This document shows positions 1 to 10,998 of a stretch of DNA of 64,000 bases, one piece after another; the first letter of the stretch is position 1, and every line of letters begins with the position of its first letter. The notes under the pieces are model-generated. The model did no database searches and was not told the DNA's origin. It saw only the letters and a program-made list of their open reading frames with translations. The stretch covers positions 1,632,001-1,696,000 of the forward strand of contig OY759316.1 in assembly GCA_963662275.1 (NCBI GenBank), written 5' to 3'. Origin of the DNA: Candidatus Cloacimonadales bacterium (GTDB lineage: Bacteria; Cloacimonadota; Cloacimonadia; Cloacimonadales; DAONDQ01). The translations under genes were made by a program, and so were the position numbers.

Positions 1-818
1 TTCGATTCTTTAATGAGCATTTCCCTGTCGATGTGCTTATCATTGGACGTGGGGGAGGGTCACAGGAAGATCTTTTCTGTTTCAATGACGAAAATCTGGC
101 GTATACAATTTATGAGTCACAAATCCCTATCATATCTGCTGTTGGGCATGAAATCGACTTCACGATATCAGACTTTGTCTCTGATCTGAGAGCTCCCACA
201 CCGTCTGCTGCGGCTGAAATAGCTGTTCCTGATAAACAGGAAGTATTACTTCACATTTATCAATTGAGCAGGCAGTTAAGAATACAGTCTCTTCATTCTC
301 ATAACCAGTATAAAATTGAATTACAGGAGATGGATAAGGAATTGCAGCGATTTCATCCGAGATATTTATGGCAATCCATCCAACAAAGATTTGATGAAGC
401 AGTATTAAAACTACAAAATACACAGCATATTATATTAAAAAGACAGAATGAAGTAATTCAAACAAAACAGGCATTACAATTAGCGATGACAAAAAACATG
501 AGGATAGCAATTCAACCTTGTCATATCAAGGTGAATGAATTAGCATTGAAATTGCATCATGAAACAAAAAACAAAGTGAACAATGGAAGAAATTCTGTTG
601 AACAGTTACATTCAAAGCTAATGGAATTATCTCCTTATGAAGCGCTGAAGCGAGGTTATGCTTTAATCAATATCAAGAATAAACTTCTTCAATCTGTCAA
701 ACAGATTGAAGTACATGATAATATATTGGTTCGACTCCAGGACGGGACTTTAGGCTGTGAAATAACTTCAGTTGCTCAGAATCAGTCATCCAAGTCATTT
801 GACAAGCAAGACAATTAA
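1..818 (+). CDS. xseA: Exodeoxyribonuclease VII large subunit, 5'-truncated by the window edge
   Basis: Frame is open from the window start ([24 protein letters not shown]). Motifs [34 protein letters not shown] and C-terminal LSP...LKRGYA. Confidence 0.95.
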   Translation, partial: RFFNEHFPVDVLIIGRGGGSQEDLFCFNDENLAYTIYESQIPIISAVGHEIDFTISDFVSDLRAPTPSAAAEIAVPDKQEVLLHIYQLSRQLRIQSLHSHNQYKIELQEMDKELQRFHPRYLWQSIQQRFDEAVLKLQNTQHIILKRQNEVIQTKQALQLAMTKNMRIAIQPCHIKVNELALKLHHETKNKVNNGRNSVEQLHSKLMELSPYEALKRGYALINIKNKLLQSVKQIEVHDNILVRLQDGTLGCEITSVAQNQSSKSFDKQDN

Positions 819-836
819 AGATAGGAATCCTTAATA

Positions 837-2588
837 ATGCGTCAATTTACGTTAATAACAGTTCTTTTATTCATGATTTCTAGTCTCTCAGCAGAAATCA
901 GGGCAGTATGGGTTACACCCTGGGATATTGATACACCGGAGAAATGTGATCAAGTTATTCAGACAATGAAGAAAGCACACCAGAACCAGATATTAGCAGA
1001 AGTACGATATCGGTCAGATGCGATGTACATTCCAAATAGAGAAATGTGCCAATATCCGAATCCTGATCCACGGTGCTATATTCTCAAGAATTCCAGTTTT
1101 GATGCCTTGTCTTATCTGATTGAAAAAGCCAAACTTGAAAATATAGAAGTTCATGCCTGGTTAACTATCATGGTTGCAAGTACAATACATGTGAATCTTC
1201 ATTCTTCTGATCATGTCTATTATCAGCATCCTGAATGGTTTACCTGGGGTCCGAACGGTAGAATGCATCCAGCCGAAGGTAGTATGGGCATTTTCATTGA
1301 TCCGGGTATTCCCCAGGTGCAAGAATATATTGTGAATGTCATTCGTGATATTGTCGTTAATTATCCAGAATTAAATGGTATTCATCTTGATTATATTCGA
1401 TATCCCGGGAGTAAATATGGTAAGAACCCTACTTCTCTGGCAATTTATCATAAAGAGACTGAACAGGATACACCGCAAGCCTGGCAAAACTGGAGAAGAG
1501 AACAAATCAATCATCTAGTTGAGCGAATATATGCCGAAGTGAAGCATTTATCTCCTCAAATGGCATTAAGTGCAGCAGTCATTGCAAATTATTCAGAGGC
1601 ATATGATGATTATGCCCAGGATTGGAAACAATGGCTTGATAGTGGTTATATAGATCGCGTCTATCTGATGGCTTACACAGTAAATGACCAGACATTGGAC
1701 AGACAATTACTGAAGACACAGTCCTTCAATCATAAGGATAGGACGGTGATTGGACTTCGATGTTGGGCAGAAAGCGGAACTTATCCTATCACAAAGATTC
1801 TTTCCAAGCTTTTCCTAGTTAGAGATTATGAATTTGCAGGTACAGCATTATTCAGTTATGAGAGTACAAATCATAACCGCTATTGGAACGATTTAATCCA
1901 GAATTTTTTTAAAGATGACAGAGAAAAGCCACTTCTGCCTAATACCAGCCAGCATATGATATTTGGTTATGTGACAAGCCAGGATAGTCTTCCTTATGCA
2001 GGTATCTCAGTTAAGTTAATGGAAACTGGAGTTGAAACACGTACTGATATCAATGGCTTTTATGCTTTCACAAATATTCCTGGTGGTATTTTCAGTATTG
2101 AAGCTGATAATGAGTCCAATATTTTGAGAGTTGATAGTTTATCAGTCAGCGCTACGGTTCCGGTAAAAAAACAAGATATTATCATTTACCCTATGTCTTC
2201 AATCTCTTTATCTAAGAGAGCTTCTCTTGATACATTAAGTGTCATACTCGATGCAAATCTGGAAGATAATGCAAAATCGAGTAATAAAGCCGTTGAATTA
2301 AATACGAATGGATTTTTTGTCGATACAATTTCTGATTCAATAGGAGTAATTGTTATTTTCAGAAATCCCAGGGAACAGGTAATTACGTGGTCTGTAATGA
2401 ATATGGATGGCAAGGTAATTTTTAGTAAAAACAACAAGTACTTGCCGGGAGAAGTGATTGAAAGTTGGAATGGTAAAACAGCAGATGGTTCTGAAGCTGT
2501 TGCAGGGGTTTATCAAATTGTCGCAGTTTCGGAATTTGATGGTGAACGTATCTCGCAATCAGTTATTTTGCGTCGAAAAATGAACTAG
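837..2588 (+). CDS. Secreted GHL10/DUF187 (YddW/DigH-like) glycoside hydrolase with C-terminal beta-sandwich and FlgD-Ig-like domains
   Basis: Signal peptide. EIRAVWV, EVHAW, DPGIPQV and GIHLDYIRYP motifs. TRTDINGFYAF (carboxypeptidase-regulatory-like). SWNGKTADG...AGVY (FlgD-Ig-like tail). Confidence 0.8.
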   Translation: MRQFTLITVLLFMISSLSAEIRAVWVTPWDIDTPEKCDQVIQTMKKAHQNQILAEVRYRSDAMYIPNREMCQYPNPDPRCYILKNSSFDALSYLIEKAKLENIEVHAWLTIMVASTIHVNLHSSDHVYYQHPEWFTWGPNGRMHPAEGSMGIFIDPGIPQVQEYIVNVIRDIVVNYPELNGIHLDYIRYPGSKYGKNPTSLAIYHKETEQDTPQAWQNWRREQINHLVERIYAEVKHLSPQMALSAAVIANYSEAYDDYAQDWKQWLDSGYIDRVYLMAYTVNDQTLDRQLLKTQSFNHKDRTVIGLRCWAESGTYPITKILSKLFLVRDYEFAGTALFSYESTNHNRYWNDLIQNFFKDDREKPLLPNTSQHMIFGYVTSQDSLPYAGISVKLMETGVETRTDINGFYAFTNIPGGIFSIEADNESNILRVDSLSVSATVPVKKQDIIIYPMSSISLSKRASLDTLSVILDANLEDNAKSSNKAVELNTNGFFVDTISDSIGVIVIFRNPREQVITWSVMNMDGKVIFSKNNKYLPGEVIESWNGKTADGSEAVAGVYQIVAVSEFDGERISQSVILRRKMN

Positions 2589-2591
2589 GTA

Positions 2592-5500
2592 CTAATCAAC
2601 CTGCTTCAATGCAGAAGCTTGATTCACTTCATCCAGGATACTTCGAGTGACTTCTGCTAGTTTTCGTCTATCAATCGGTTTCTTCAAGATTTTTTGGATT
2701 CCTGTTTTGTGAGTTACTTCAGTATCAATTAACTCATTCAGACCGGAACAAAGAACAATTGGAAGATCAGGTTGTACTTTTTTTACAGATAATGCTAAAT
2801 CCAAACCGGTCATACCAGGCATGGTTAGGTCTGTGATTAGAAGGTCATACTTCTTCGTATTGGAAGTAATCAGGGCAAGCGCAGTCTGACTCTCTGTTAC
2901 AGCAGTAACGACATAGCCCAGGCGAGTCAGTGTTTGTTTCATGATATCGATAATGAAAGCTTCATCATCAACAACCAGGATATGTTCTTTTCCTTTTGGC
3001 AGCTTCAAATCCACATGTTTTGTCTCGATTGGGGTGACAGCTTTTTGCTCAGCTTTTAGTAATATTGTAAATGTTGTTCCTATCCCTTCGGTGCTTTCCA
3101 CAAATATCTTTCCACCATATCCACTAATGATACCATGCACAACAGATAATCCAAGACCCGTTCCCAAACCTGGAGCTTTTGTTGTAAAGAATGGATCAAA
3201 GATTCTTTCTAATAGTGCTTTTGGAATTCCAATACCTGTATCTGAGACCGTGAGTTTTAGATAACTCCCATTCGGAATATCACGATCAACAAAGAAGCGT
3301 TCAGACATGTTTGCGTTTTCCAAACCGATTGTTAAAGTACCGCCTTTCTCTTGCATCGCTGAAGCTGCATTTGTGCACAGGTTCATTAGTATCTGATTAA
3401 TTTGTGATGGATCAGCATAAGTAGAGAGTGTCTCTTCATTGATATTCTCTTTGATCTCAATCGTGCTTAGTAAGCTTGCCCGAAGCAGTTTCGTTACATC
3501 TTTGATAATGGTTTGCACATGCAGAGACTTACATTCGGTTTCAGACATCTTGCTAAAAGTAAGGATTTGATTGACCAACTCTTTTGCTCTTTCGACTGCG
3601 GTCATTACTTGTTTCATATCACGGGCTGCTACAGAAGAAGGAGGCAAATCATCTGCGATCAATTCTGAATAACCCATGATTGCACCCAGGATATTATTAA
3701 AGTCATGCGCAATTCCACCAGCTAAAGTTCCGATTGCTTCCATTTTCTGTGAATGACGTAATTGCAGCATAAGCATATTTTCCCGAGTTACATCTCGGCT
3801 GACTTTTACAAAACTGATAACATTACCGGATTCATCTTTAACTGGAGAAATGATGGCTTCTTCTTCATAGATCATACCATCTTTTCTCTGGTTTGTGAAG
3901 ACACCCTTCCATACTTGCCCCGAGTTTATTTTATTCCACATCTCAGTATAGAAGGCAACATCATGCTTTCCGCTGCGTAGAAATTTTGGATTCTTCCCGA
4001 GAACTTCTTCGCTGGAGTAGCCTGTTATTGATAAGAATGCAGGATTTACATATCGAATTAAACCTTTTGCATCAGTAATGCATACCGTGCCGGCTGATTG
4101 TTCAATGGCAGTAAATAAACGGGATAATTCTTCCTCTTGTCTTTTCAATTCGGTCACATCTGAACTGACCCCAACAAGAGCAATAATCTCACCTAATTCG
4201 TCTCGATAGAAAGTCTCGGTTGTTGAAAACCACCGTAGATCACCATTTTTAATCGGAAGCTTTTTAATGCTTTCAGAGGGTGGATTTATCCCTTCAATTA
4301 CTTTTCGGTCTTCCTCTATGATGATCTGTGCAATATCCGCAGGGAACAGATCGAAATCCGTTAAACCATTTACTTGATTTGGTTCAAGCTGGAAGATATC
4401 ACAAAAAGCCTGGTTTGCTGTGATATATTTCAAATCTCTATCTTTATAGTAAACGATAGCAGGAATGACTGAGAACAAAGCTGTTTGTTCAGCACATCTT
4501 TGTTGAAGTAGTTTTGCTGCATTTTTATGTAGATCCAGTTCATGCTCAAGCTCAAGTTTGATGCGTTTTAAATCAGTTGTTCTTTCATTGATTCGTGACT
4601 CTAACTCAATGTTTAGTTTTGATAAGTCCTGGTTAATTTCTTTTAAAAGAGTGATATCTCTTGCAACCCAAATTACATTAGCTTCACCTGTTTTATAATC
4701 ATTCAGGAGAGCAGTTCTTCCTTCGTACCACTTTTGTTCAATGACTGGATCAAACTGGTATTCAAATGTTTGCATCTTTCCAGTTTGAATTGTATCATGA
4801 ATCACTTTTAAATATCTTGCTGTTTCTTCTTCTGAACAGAGATCCCTAATATTTTTTCCTTTCAGAGACATAATTATATTATAATCTTCACGGGCATGTG
4901 AAAGCATCACATCCAGATAATTTCCATTAAAATCAAAAATAAATGTAATATCAGGCAAGGCATCGATGATGGTCTGAAGCTTAGAGGCATTGCCATTCAA
5001 CGACATCCCGTTATCAGATTGCTTATTTTCACTTGGTGTATCAAAACGGATCAATTCTCCCTGTTCGTTATAGAGCTGTAAACCATTAGCAATTTCCGCA
5101 AGTTTTCGGGAGCTTTCTAATATATCAGGTTTTGGATTACTTTTCGGTGTTGTATGCTGGATAGTGACTTGGTTGATTGGATGTAATTCTGATTTTTGGA
5201 CAGGAACTTGCTGACTTTTTTCTAAGTGAATTTCACGTGATTCAGTTTCTGTTTTTCCAAGAGTTAGTTCATGGTATTTTTTAAAATATAATAGTGATTT
5301 TTCAAAATCTCGTTGTTGTTGGTAATTATCTGCCCATATTTGATATAAAGATGGAAGAATTTCGGGAGCTGGATTTTCCTTCATTAAACTAAAGGCTGAT
5401 TCCAAATATTTGATAGATTCGAGAAATTTGAACTTATGATTCAAATGAACAGCTAATTCATATAAAATACGAATCTGAGCTTTTTTGTCATCGATCTCAC

Positions 5501-6458
5501 GTGCCAATGAGTTGGCTATACGCAAGATATTCTCCGATTCTTCTGCATCACCTAATTGCTGAACGAGTGAAGCAACTTGTATCATACAGGCAATTTCATT
5601 TATTCTGTCCTGTAATTGATGGAAGATAGCAAGTGCTTTTTCAGCATAATTCAAACTCTGTTGATAATTATGAGAGATCTGATAGGCAGAGGCAAGAGCT
5701 TTCATGCAATTTGCAACTAGTATTTTATCATCATGCTGCTCTGCAATATTTAGTGCTTCCAATGCTGAACTGATCGCCTTCTGTGCTTCTCCATTACGCT
5801 CATATATGGAACTGATCAGAATTAAAGATAACGCATAGCAGCTCTGATTATTCCAGTTCTCTTCATCCTTCAGAACTAACAATAAATAGACTAATGACTG
5901 TTCATCTTCTCCAATTGCTATATAAGCAATTCCAAGATCCAGGAGGTAAGCCTGCAAAATGCTTTGATCCTGGCATCGATTAATATACGACATGCCTTCA
6001 AATAGAAATTTCAATTCCTGTTGATAATCTTTCTCTTTATGTGAAATTTCAGCTAGATACTTATAACACGATGCAATCTCATCAGGCATATCCAAATGGT
6101 GGAAGGTAGTCAGAGATTTCTGAATTTGTTCAATGGCTACCTGGTGTTTATTTTGGATGAAATTGACATAACCAATATTGCTTCTGCATTTCGCAATACC
6201 CTGTTCATCATCAAGGGCTAGATATAATTGCAACGCTGTGTTGAAATGAATCAACGCGGGTGTATGTTTTCCCCAAGCAAGATGAGATAAACCTTGTAAT
6301 CGGATTGCTTCAGCACGTCCGACTACAAAGTCAATTTCATCTGCTTCGGTGATTGCCTGAGAAAGTAAATCCAATGCAGATTTGGGGTTATTTTTAAGCA
6401 TATTATTAGCTTCTTGTAATAGCTCTTTGACATGCTCTTGCACCCTTTCAGATTGCAT
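2592..6458 (-). CDS. Cytoplasmic hybrid sensor histidine kinase (TPR repeats, PAS x3, HisKA, HATPase, REC)
   Basis: N-terminal TPR-like helical repeats and PAS/PAC motifs. H-box LAGGIAHDFNNIL, N-box QILMNLCTNA, G boxes DTGIGI and GTGLGL. Receiver ILVVDDE...DLTMPGMTG. Confidence 0.93.
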   Translation of the reverse strand: MQSERVQEHVKELLQEANNMLKNNPKSALDLLSQAITEADEIDFVVGRAEAIRLQGLSHLAWGKHTPALIHFNTALQLYLALDDEQGIAKCRSNIGYVNFIQNKHQVAIEQIQKSLTTFHHLDMPDEIASCYKYLAEISHKEKDYQQELKFLFEGMSYINRCQDQSILQAYLLDLGIAYIAIGEDEQSLVYLLLVLKDEENWNNQSCYALSLILISSIYERNGEAQKAISSALEALNIAEQHDDKILVANCMKALASAYQISHNYQQSLNYAEKALAIFHQLQDRINEIACMIQVASLVQQLGDAEESENILRIANSLAREIDDKKAQIRILYELAVHLNHKFKFLESIKYLESAFSLMKENPAPEILPSLYQIWADNYQQQRDFEKSLLYFKKYHELTLGKTETESREIHLEKSQQVPVQKSELHPINQVTIQHTTPKSNPKPDILESSRKLAEIANGLQLYNEQGELIRFDTPSENKQSDNGMSLNGNASKLQTIIDALPDITFIFDFNGNYLDVMLSHAREDYNIIMSLKGKNIRDLCSEEETARYLKVIHDTIQTGKMQTFEYQFDPVIEQKWYEGRTALLNDYKTGEANVIWVARDITLLKEINQDLSKLNIELESRINERTTDLKRIKLELEHELDLHKNAAKLLQQRCAEQTALFSVIPAIVYYKDRDLKYITANQAFCDIFQLEPNQVNGLTDFDLFPADIAQIIIEEDRKVIEGINPPSESIKKLPIKNGDLRWFSTTETFYRDELGEIIALVGVSSDVTELKRQEEELSRLFTAIEQSAGTVCITDAKGLIRYVNPAFLSITGYSSEEVLGKNPKFLRSGKHDVAFYTEMWNKINSGQVWKGVFTNQRKDGMIYEEEAIISPVKDESGNVISFVKVSRDVTRENMLMLQLRHSQKMEAIGTLAGGIAHDFNNILGAIMGYSELIADDLPPSSVAARDMKQVMTAVERAKELVNQILTFSKMSETECKSLHVQTIIKDVTKLLRASLLSTIEIKENINEETLSTYADPSQINQILMNLCTNAASAMQEKGGTLTIGLENANMSERFFVDRDIPNGSYLKLTVSDTGIGIPKALLERIFDPFFTTKAPGLGTGLGLSVVHGIISGYGGKIFVESTEGIGTTFTILLKAEQKAVTPIETKHVDLKLPKGKEHILVVDDEAFIIDIMKQTLTRLGYVVTAVTESQTALALITSNTKKYDLLITDLTMPGMTGLDLALSVKKVQPDLPIVLCSGLNELIDTEVTHKTGIQKILKKPIDRRKLAEVTRSILDEVNQASALKQVD

Positions 6459-6527
6459 CTAATTTTCCTTTTGCGGAATATTCATTACTAATATTCCGTC
6501 TTTCTAAGGCTAATTATCATGAAATTC

Positions 6528-6899
6528 CTATTCCTTTGGATATAACTCCTGTACAGCCATAATCACTTCTTCTCTACGGAATGGTTTTTGGAGTGTTTTC
6601 ACAGCCCCAAGACCTTTCGCTAAGGGAAGATAACTATCAGGAGAGATTCTTCCTCCTCCTGACATAGCAATTATATTCACTTCCGGATATTTTGCTCTTA
6701 ACTCCTGGATTGTTTCCAATCCTTCCTTCTCTGGCATTATGATATCTGTAATTACTAATGCCGGGACTTCAGACTCACAAGCCTTGATCGCAACATTTCC
6801 ATCTTCAGATTCCACAACTCGATAACCAGCTCTTTCCAATGTTTGGCAAAGCATTTGCCGAAAATTAGAATCATCATCAACTACTAGTATGTACGACAT
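6528..6899 (-). CDS. Single-domain response regulator (CheY-like)
   Basis: ILVVDDD, ITDIIMPEKEG and KPF motifs. Directly upstream of the hybrid kinase on the same strand. Confidence 0.93.
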   Translation of the reverse strand: MSYILVVDDDSNFRQMLCQTLERAGYRVVESEDGNVAIKACESEVPALVITDIIMPEKEGLETIQELRAKYPEVNIIAMSGGGRISPDSYLPLAKGLGAVKTLQKPFRREEVIMAVQELYPKE

Positions 6900-7472
6900 T
6901 TTTTTTCCCCTTCTTTTTTATATAACTGACATAAATTTATGACTAAATACAAAGAACTGTAATAAATCATTACAATTTTAAGTATATAATTTCAATACTT
7001 CGGATTATGACATCGATGATAAAACATTCAATGACGCTCATTCGAGATGAATGATAGGTTATTTATCAAGCCACTCTATAATATTAATATATAATACTTT
7101 AAAGACATAAAAGAAATGGATGCACTACTATGTCAAGCATAGAAAAAAGAATTTTTACTTGGTTATACTCTCATTTTGCGTTCTATCCTTATTATACATA
7201 TTGCATTTAATAAACCAGATGAATTTTCCTTTAGCATATTATCAAATAATTTGAAGAAAACAACCATCTATTTGCTTTTTAACAATCCAATTTCTTCAAG
7301 CCTAACAATTCAGTAAACCTTATATTCTGAATATTTTACCTATGACTAATTTCCTTTGTAACAATACCTCCAATGCATTTTATCGCAGACTTGTTACTAC
7401 TTAAGAAAGTAAGTTTCACAAATATACTGACCGATAACGGTCGCAATACTTAAGAACGAATCACAAGGAAAA

Positions 7473-7595
7473 CTCAGAGCCAAGTTAAGGCAAGCTCAAC
7501 CATCTCTCATGTCTTAAGAGCATCATGAGAGAATCCTGAGGAAATCCTGAGGTATGTCTGAGGGAAGCTCTCTTGTGCTATGAGAAGCCAATGAG
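7473..7595. repeat. Degenerate 11-bp-periodic array (CTCA units followed by TGAG units)
   Basis: CTCA at 7473, 7495 and 7506. TGAG at 7526, 7537, 7548, 7559, 7581 and 7592, in exact 11-bp phase. Confidence 0.6.
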
Positions 7596-7760
7596 AAGGA
7601 TGTCTCTGCAATTTTTTTTTGATGTTGATGGATAAAAGTTATCGTATTATGCTATTGATTTATGAATAGTCTTAACACTGGCATTTCCAGGCATAGCATA
7701 AATTTTATTGACTCTGACAGCACACGCAATAAATTGCCAAAAAAAGAAAGGAGTATCATC

Positions 7761-9056
7761 ATGAAAAAATATTATATCGTTCTACTCATAATTATACTAC
7801 TTTTTTCCATGCTCTTAACAAGTTGTGGAAAAAAGAAAAGTGCTACTGAAGGGAAAACCCAAATCATATTCTGGCATGCTTTGGGAGGACCTTTAGGTGA
7901 TGCATTAACAACATTAGTTGCTGACTTTAATAAGACACATCCCGACATCGAAGTGAAACTCATTTCAGTAGGCAATTACCAGGCATTGAACCAGAAGCTG
8001 ATGGCTTCCATCCAAGCCAATCAACAACCGGATATCTCACAGGCATTTGAAACTTGGACAGCAAGTCTAATCCAAGGGAAAGTCATAATTCCCATGAGTG
8101 ACTTCATCCAAAAAGATCCGAAATTCCAAGATAAGACTCTTACTGATTTTTACCCTGTGTTCATTAAAAGTAACACTTTTGGCGACACTCTTTGGTCATT
8201 TCCATTTAATAAAAGTGTTCGCGTATTATTCTACAATAAGGATATGTTTGTTCAGAATGGACTTGATCCAACCCATGTACCTGCAGATTGGAATGAATTC
8301 CGTGCAGATTGTAAGAAATTAACGATCGACAAAAATAAAGATGGAAAGCCTGAATCATATGGTTCCAACTTCAATATCAGTGCTTGGCAGTTCGAAAACC
8401 TGCTTCTCCAGGCTGGTGGCGAGATGGTTACACCTGATAACCAGAAAGCAGCTTTTAACAGCAAGTACGGTATCGAAGCTCTTCAATTCATCAGTGACTT
8501 GCTGAACAAAGATAAAACGGTCTATCTTTCATCAGGTTTTGATGGGCAGAATGACTTCACGGCAAGTAAAGTCGGTATGTATGAAGGTTCTAGTGTATCC
8601 TTAGCCCACATGAAAGGTACTAAGATTAATTTTAACATGGGATTTGGACCAATTCCCATTAGTCGCACTCCCAAGAGCGTGATTAGCGGAACAAATGTCG
8701 TTATCTTTAAAAAAGATGCCAAACGTGAACAGGCTGCTTGGGAATTTGTAAAGTGGTTTACGGATACGGAACAGACAGCAAAATGGTCGACATTAACAAA
8801 TTATATGCCGTTGAGAAAGAGTGCTATGACGACAAAGACGATGAAAGATCTGATGGCATCTAATCCGCAATACGTAGGTGTTTATGCACAACTTGATAAT
8901 GCTCTTTCCGAACCGCAATCAGCAGCTTGGTTTGATACCAGGAAAGATTTAGAAGAAAACGTACTGGAAAAAGTAATTCGTCAGACAATCAGCCCCAAAA
9001 AGGCTCTTGATGGAGCAGCAGCACGTTTTAACGAAAATATGAAAAAAGAGAAATAG
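7761..9056 (+). CDS. ABC transporter substrate-binding lipoprotein (UgpB/sugar-binding family 1)
   Basis: RBS AAGGAG before ATG 7761. Lipobox LLTSC. FWHALGG, PFNKSVRVLFYNKD and AWEFVKW motifs. No permease genes adjacent. Confidence 0.88.
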   Translation: MKKYYIVLLIIILLFSMLLTSCGKKKSATEGKTQIIFWHALGGPLGDALTTLVADFNKTHPDIEVKLISVGNYQALNQKLMASIQANQQPDISQAFETWTASLIQGKVIIPMSDFIQKDPKFQDKTLTDFYPVFIKSNTFGDTLWSFPFNKSVRVLFYNKDMFVQNGLDPTHVPADWNEFRADCKKLTIDKNKDGKPESYGSNFNISAWQFENLLLQAGGEMVTPDNQKAAFNSKYGIEALQFISDLLNKDKTVYLSSGFDGQNDFTASKVGMYEGSSVSLAHMKGTKINFNMGFGPIPISRTPKSVISGTNVVIFKKDAKREQAAWEFVKWFTDTEQTAKWSTLTNYMPLRKSAMTTKTMKDLMASNPQYVGVYAQLDNALSEPQSAAWFDTRKDLEENVLEKVIRQTISPKKALDGAAARFNENMKKEK

Positions 9057-9081
9057 ACTTTTTTCACATATGAGGTAATGT

Positions 9082-10998
9082 ATGAGTATCAAAATAACAC
9101 TGCCGGATCAATCTATTCGTGAGTATGCCGGTCTAATCACTCCGAACCAGGTTGCCATGGATATTTCACCACGTCTGGCAGACAGTGCTATCGTCGCTGA
9201 AGTCAACGGTAAATTGGTTGATATGTCTTATTCCATACAATCTGATTCTTCCTTAAAAATCCATACTTTCTCTTCAGCAGAAGGGAAGGAAGTTTATTGG
9301 CATAGTACATCTCATTTAATGGCACAAGCTGTGAAGACTCTTTTCCCAAATGTAAAAGTCACGATAGGACCTTCTATTGAGAATGGCTTTTATTATGACT
9401 TTGACCGTGTTGAATCTTTTACAGATGAGGAACTGCTGAAAATCGAAGAGAAGATGCAGGAACTATCACGGGAAAATATACCGTATACCAGGAAAGAAAT
9501 ATGCCGTAATGAAGGTATTAAGCTTTTTCAAGACCTTGATGAACCTTATAAAGTTGAGATTTTGGAAGGCATCCCGGAAAATGAAACACTAACCATATAT
9601 ACCAACGGTAACTTCACTGATCTTTGTCGTGGACCTCATATTGAAAGCACAGGAAAAGTGAAGGCTTTCAAACTTCTGAAAACTTCCGGTGCCTATTGGC
9701 GTGGTGATGAAAGAAACAAGATGCTGAAGCGCATTTATGGTATTTCTTTCCCTACTTCCAAGGAATTGAAACAATACCTGAGTGATTTGGAGGAAGCGAA
9801 GAAACGCGATCATCGCAAATTAGGTAAAGAATTAGATCTCTTCTCTGTCGCTGATGAAATTGGCGGAGGTCTCATTCTTTGGCATCCCAACGGTTCACTC
9901 ATGCGTAACATTATTGAACAATACTGGAAGGAACGACATTGGGATTCGGGTTATCAGTTGGTAACGACCCCACATATCGGTAAGGCTGAATTATGGCAGA
10001 CCAGCGGACATCTTGGCTTCTACAAGGAAGGCATGTTTGCCCCCATCGAAGTCGAAGGTCAGGAATATTATCTGAAACCCATGAATTGTCCATTCCATAT
10101 CATGATTTATAAGAATTCAATGCATAGCTATCGTGAATTACCAATTCGGCTTGCAGAACTGGGTACGGTCTATCGTTATGAAAGATCCGGTACCTTGCAT
10201 GGACTGATGCGTGTACGTGGCTTCACCCAGGATGATGCTCATATCATATGCATGCCGGAACAGGTGAATGATGAAGTTGAAAGACTTCTCCTCTTCTCAA
10301 TGGAAATATTGAAGAAATTCGGATTCAAGGATTTCCAGATTTATCTATCAACAAAGCCGGAAGGCTCCGTAGGAGCTCCTGAAGATTGGACAATGGCGGA
10401 GAATGCACTCAGAAAAGCTCTGAATGCACAAGGTTTTGCCTTTGAAGTGGATGAAGGCGGTGGTGCATTCTATGGTCCGAAGATCGATATCAAGATCAAG
10501 GATGCTTTGAATCGTTCCTGGCAATGTACAACCATACAGTTTGACTTCAATCTTCCTGAACGGTTCAAGATGGAGTACATTGGCCCTGATAATCAACCGC
10601 ATCGCCCATATATGATTCATCGTGCCATATTCGGTTCAATGGAACGTTTCTTTGGTACATTGATCGAATTCCATGCCGGTAATTTTCCTGTATGGATGTG
10701 TCCTACCCAGGTGATGGTCATCCCTGTGGGAGAGAACTTCGAAGCCTATGCCAAAGAAGTACAGGCTCAATTGAAGAAACTAAAAATTAGGGCAGAGATC
10801 GATACTGCCAGTGAGAAAATCGGCTACAAGATACGTGACGCTGAAATGAAGAAGATTCCTTATATGCTCATTGTCGGGCAGAAAGAAATGGAATCTAACT
10901 CTGTTTCAGTGAGACGGCATACACATGGTGATATGGGCATGATCCCTGTTGCTGAAGCCATACAAAAGATCCAGGAAGAGATAGAGAGTTCATTATAA
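9082..10998 (+). CDS. thrS: Threonine--tRNA ligase
   Basis: TGS domain, editing motifs HSTSHLMAQA and DLCRGPH, RDHRKLG, KPMNCP, RVRGFTQDDAH, GAFYGPKID. Confidence 0.98.
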   Translation: MSIKITLPDQSIREYAGLITPNQVAMDISPRLADSAIVAEVNGKLVDMSYSIQSDSSLKIHTFSSAEGKEVYWHSTSHLMAQAVKTLFPNVKVTIGPSIENGFYYDFDRVESFTDEELLKIEEKMQELSRENIPYTRKEICRNEGIKLFQDLDEPYKVEILEGIPENETLTIYTNGNFTDLCRGPHIESTGKVKAFKLLKTSGAYWRGDERNKMLKRIYGISFPTSKELKQYLSDLEEAKKRDHRKLGKELDLFSVADEIGGGLILWHPNGSLMRNIIEQYWKERHWDSGYQLVTTPHIGKAELWQTSGHLGFYKEGMFAPIEVEGQEYYLKPMNCPFHIMIYKNSMHSYRELPIRLAELGTVYRYERSGTLHGLMRVRGFTQDDAHIICMPEQVNDEVERLLLFSMEILKKFGFKDFQIYLSTKPEGSVGAPEDWTMAENALRKALNAQGFAFEVDEGGGAFYGPKIDIKIKDALNRSWQCTTIQFDFNLPERFKMEYIGPDNQPHRPYMIHRAIFGSMERFFGTLIEFHAGNFPVWMCPTQVMVIPVGENFEAYAKEVQAQLKKLKIRAEIDTASEKIGYKIRDAEMKKIPYMLIVGQKEMESNSVSVRRHTHGDMGMIPVAEAIQKIQEEIESSL

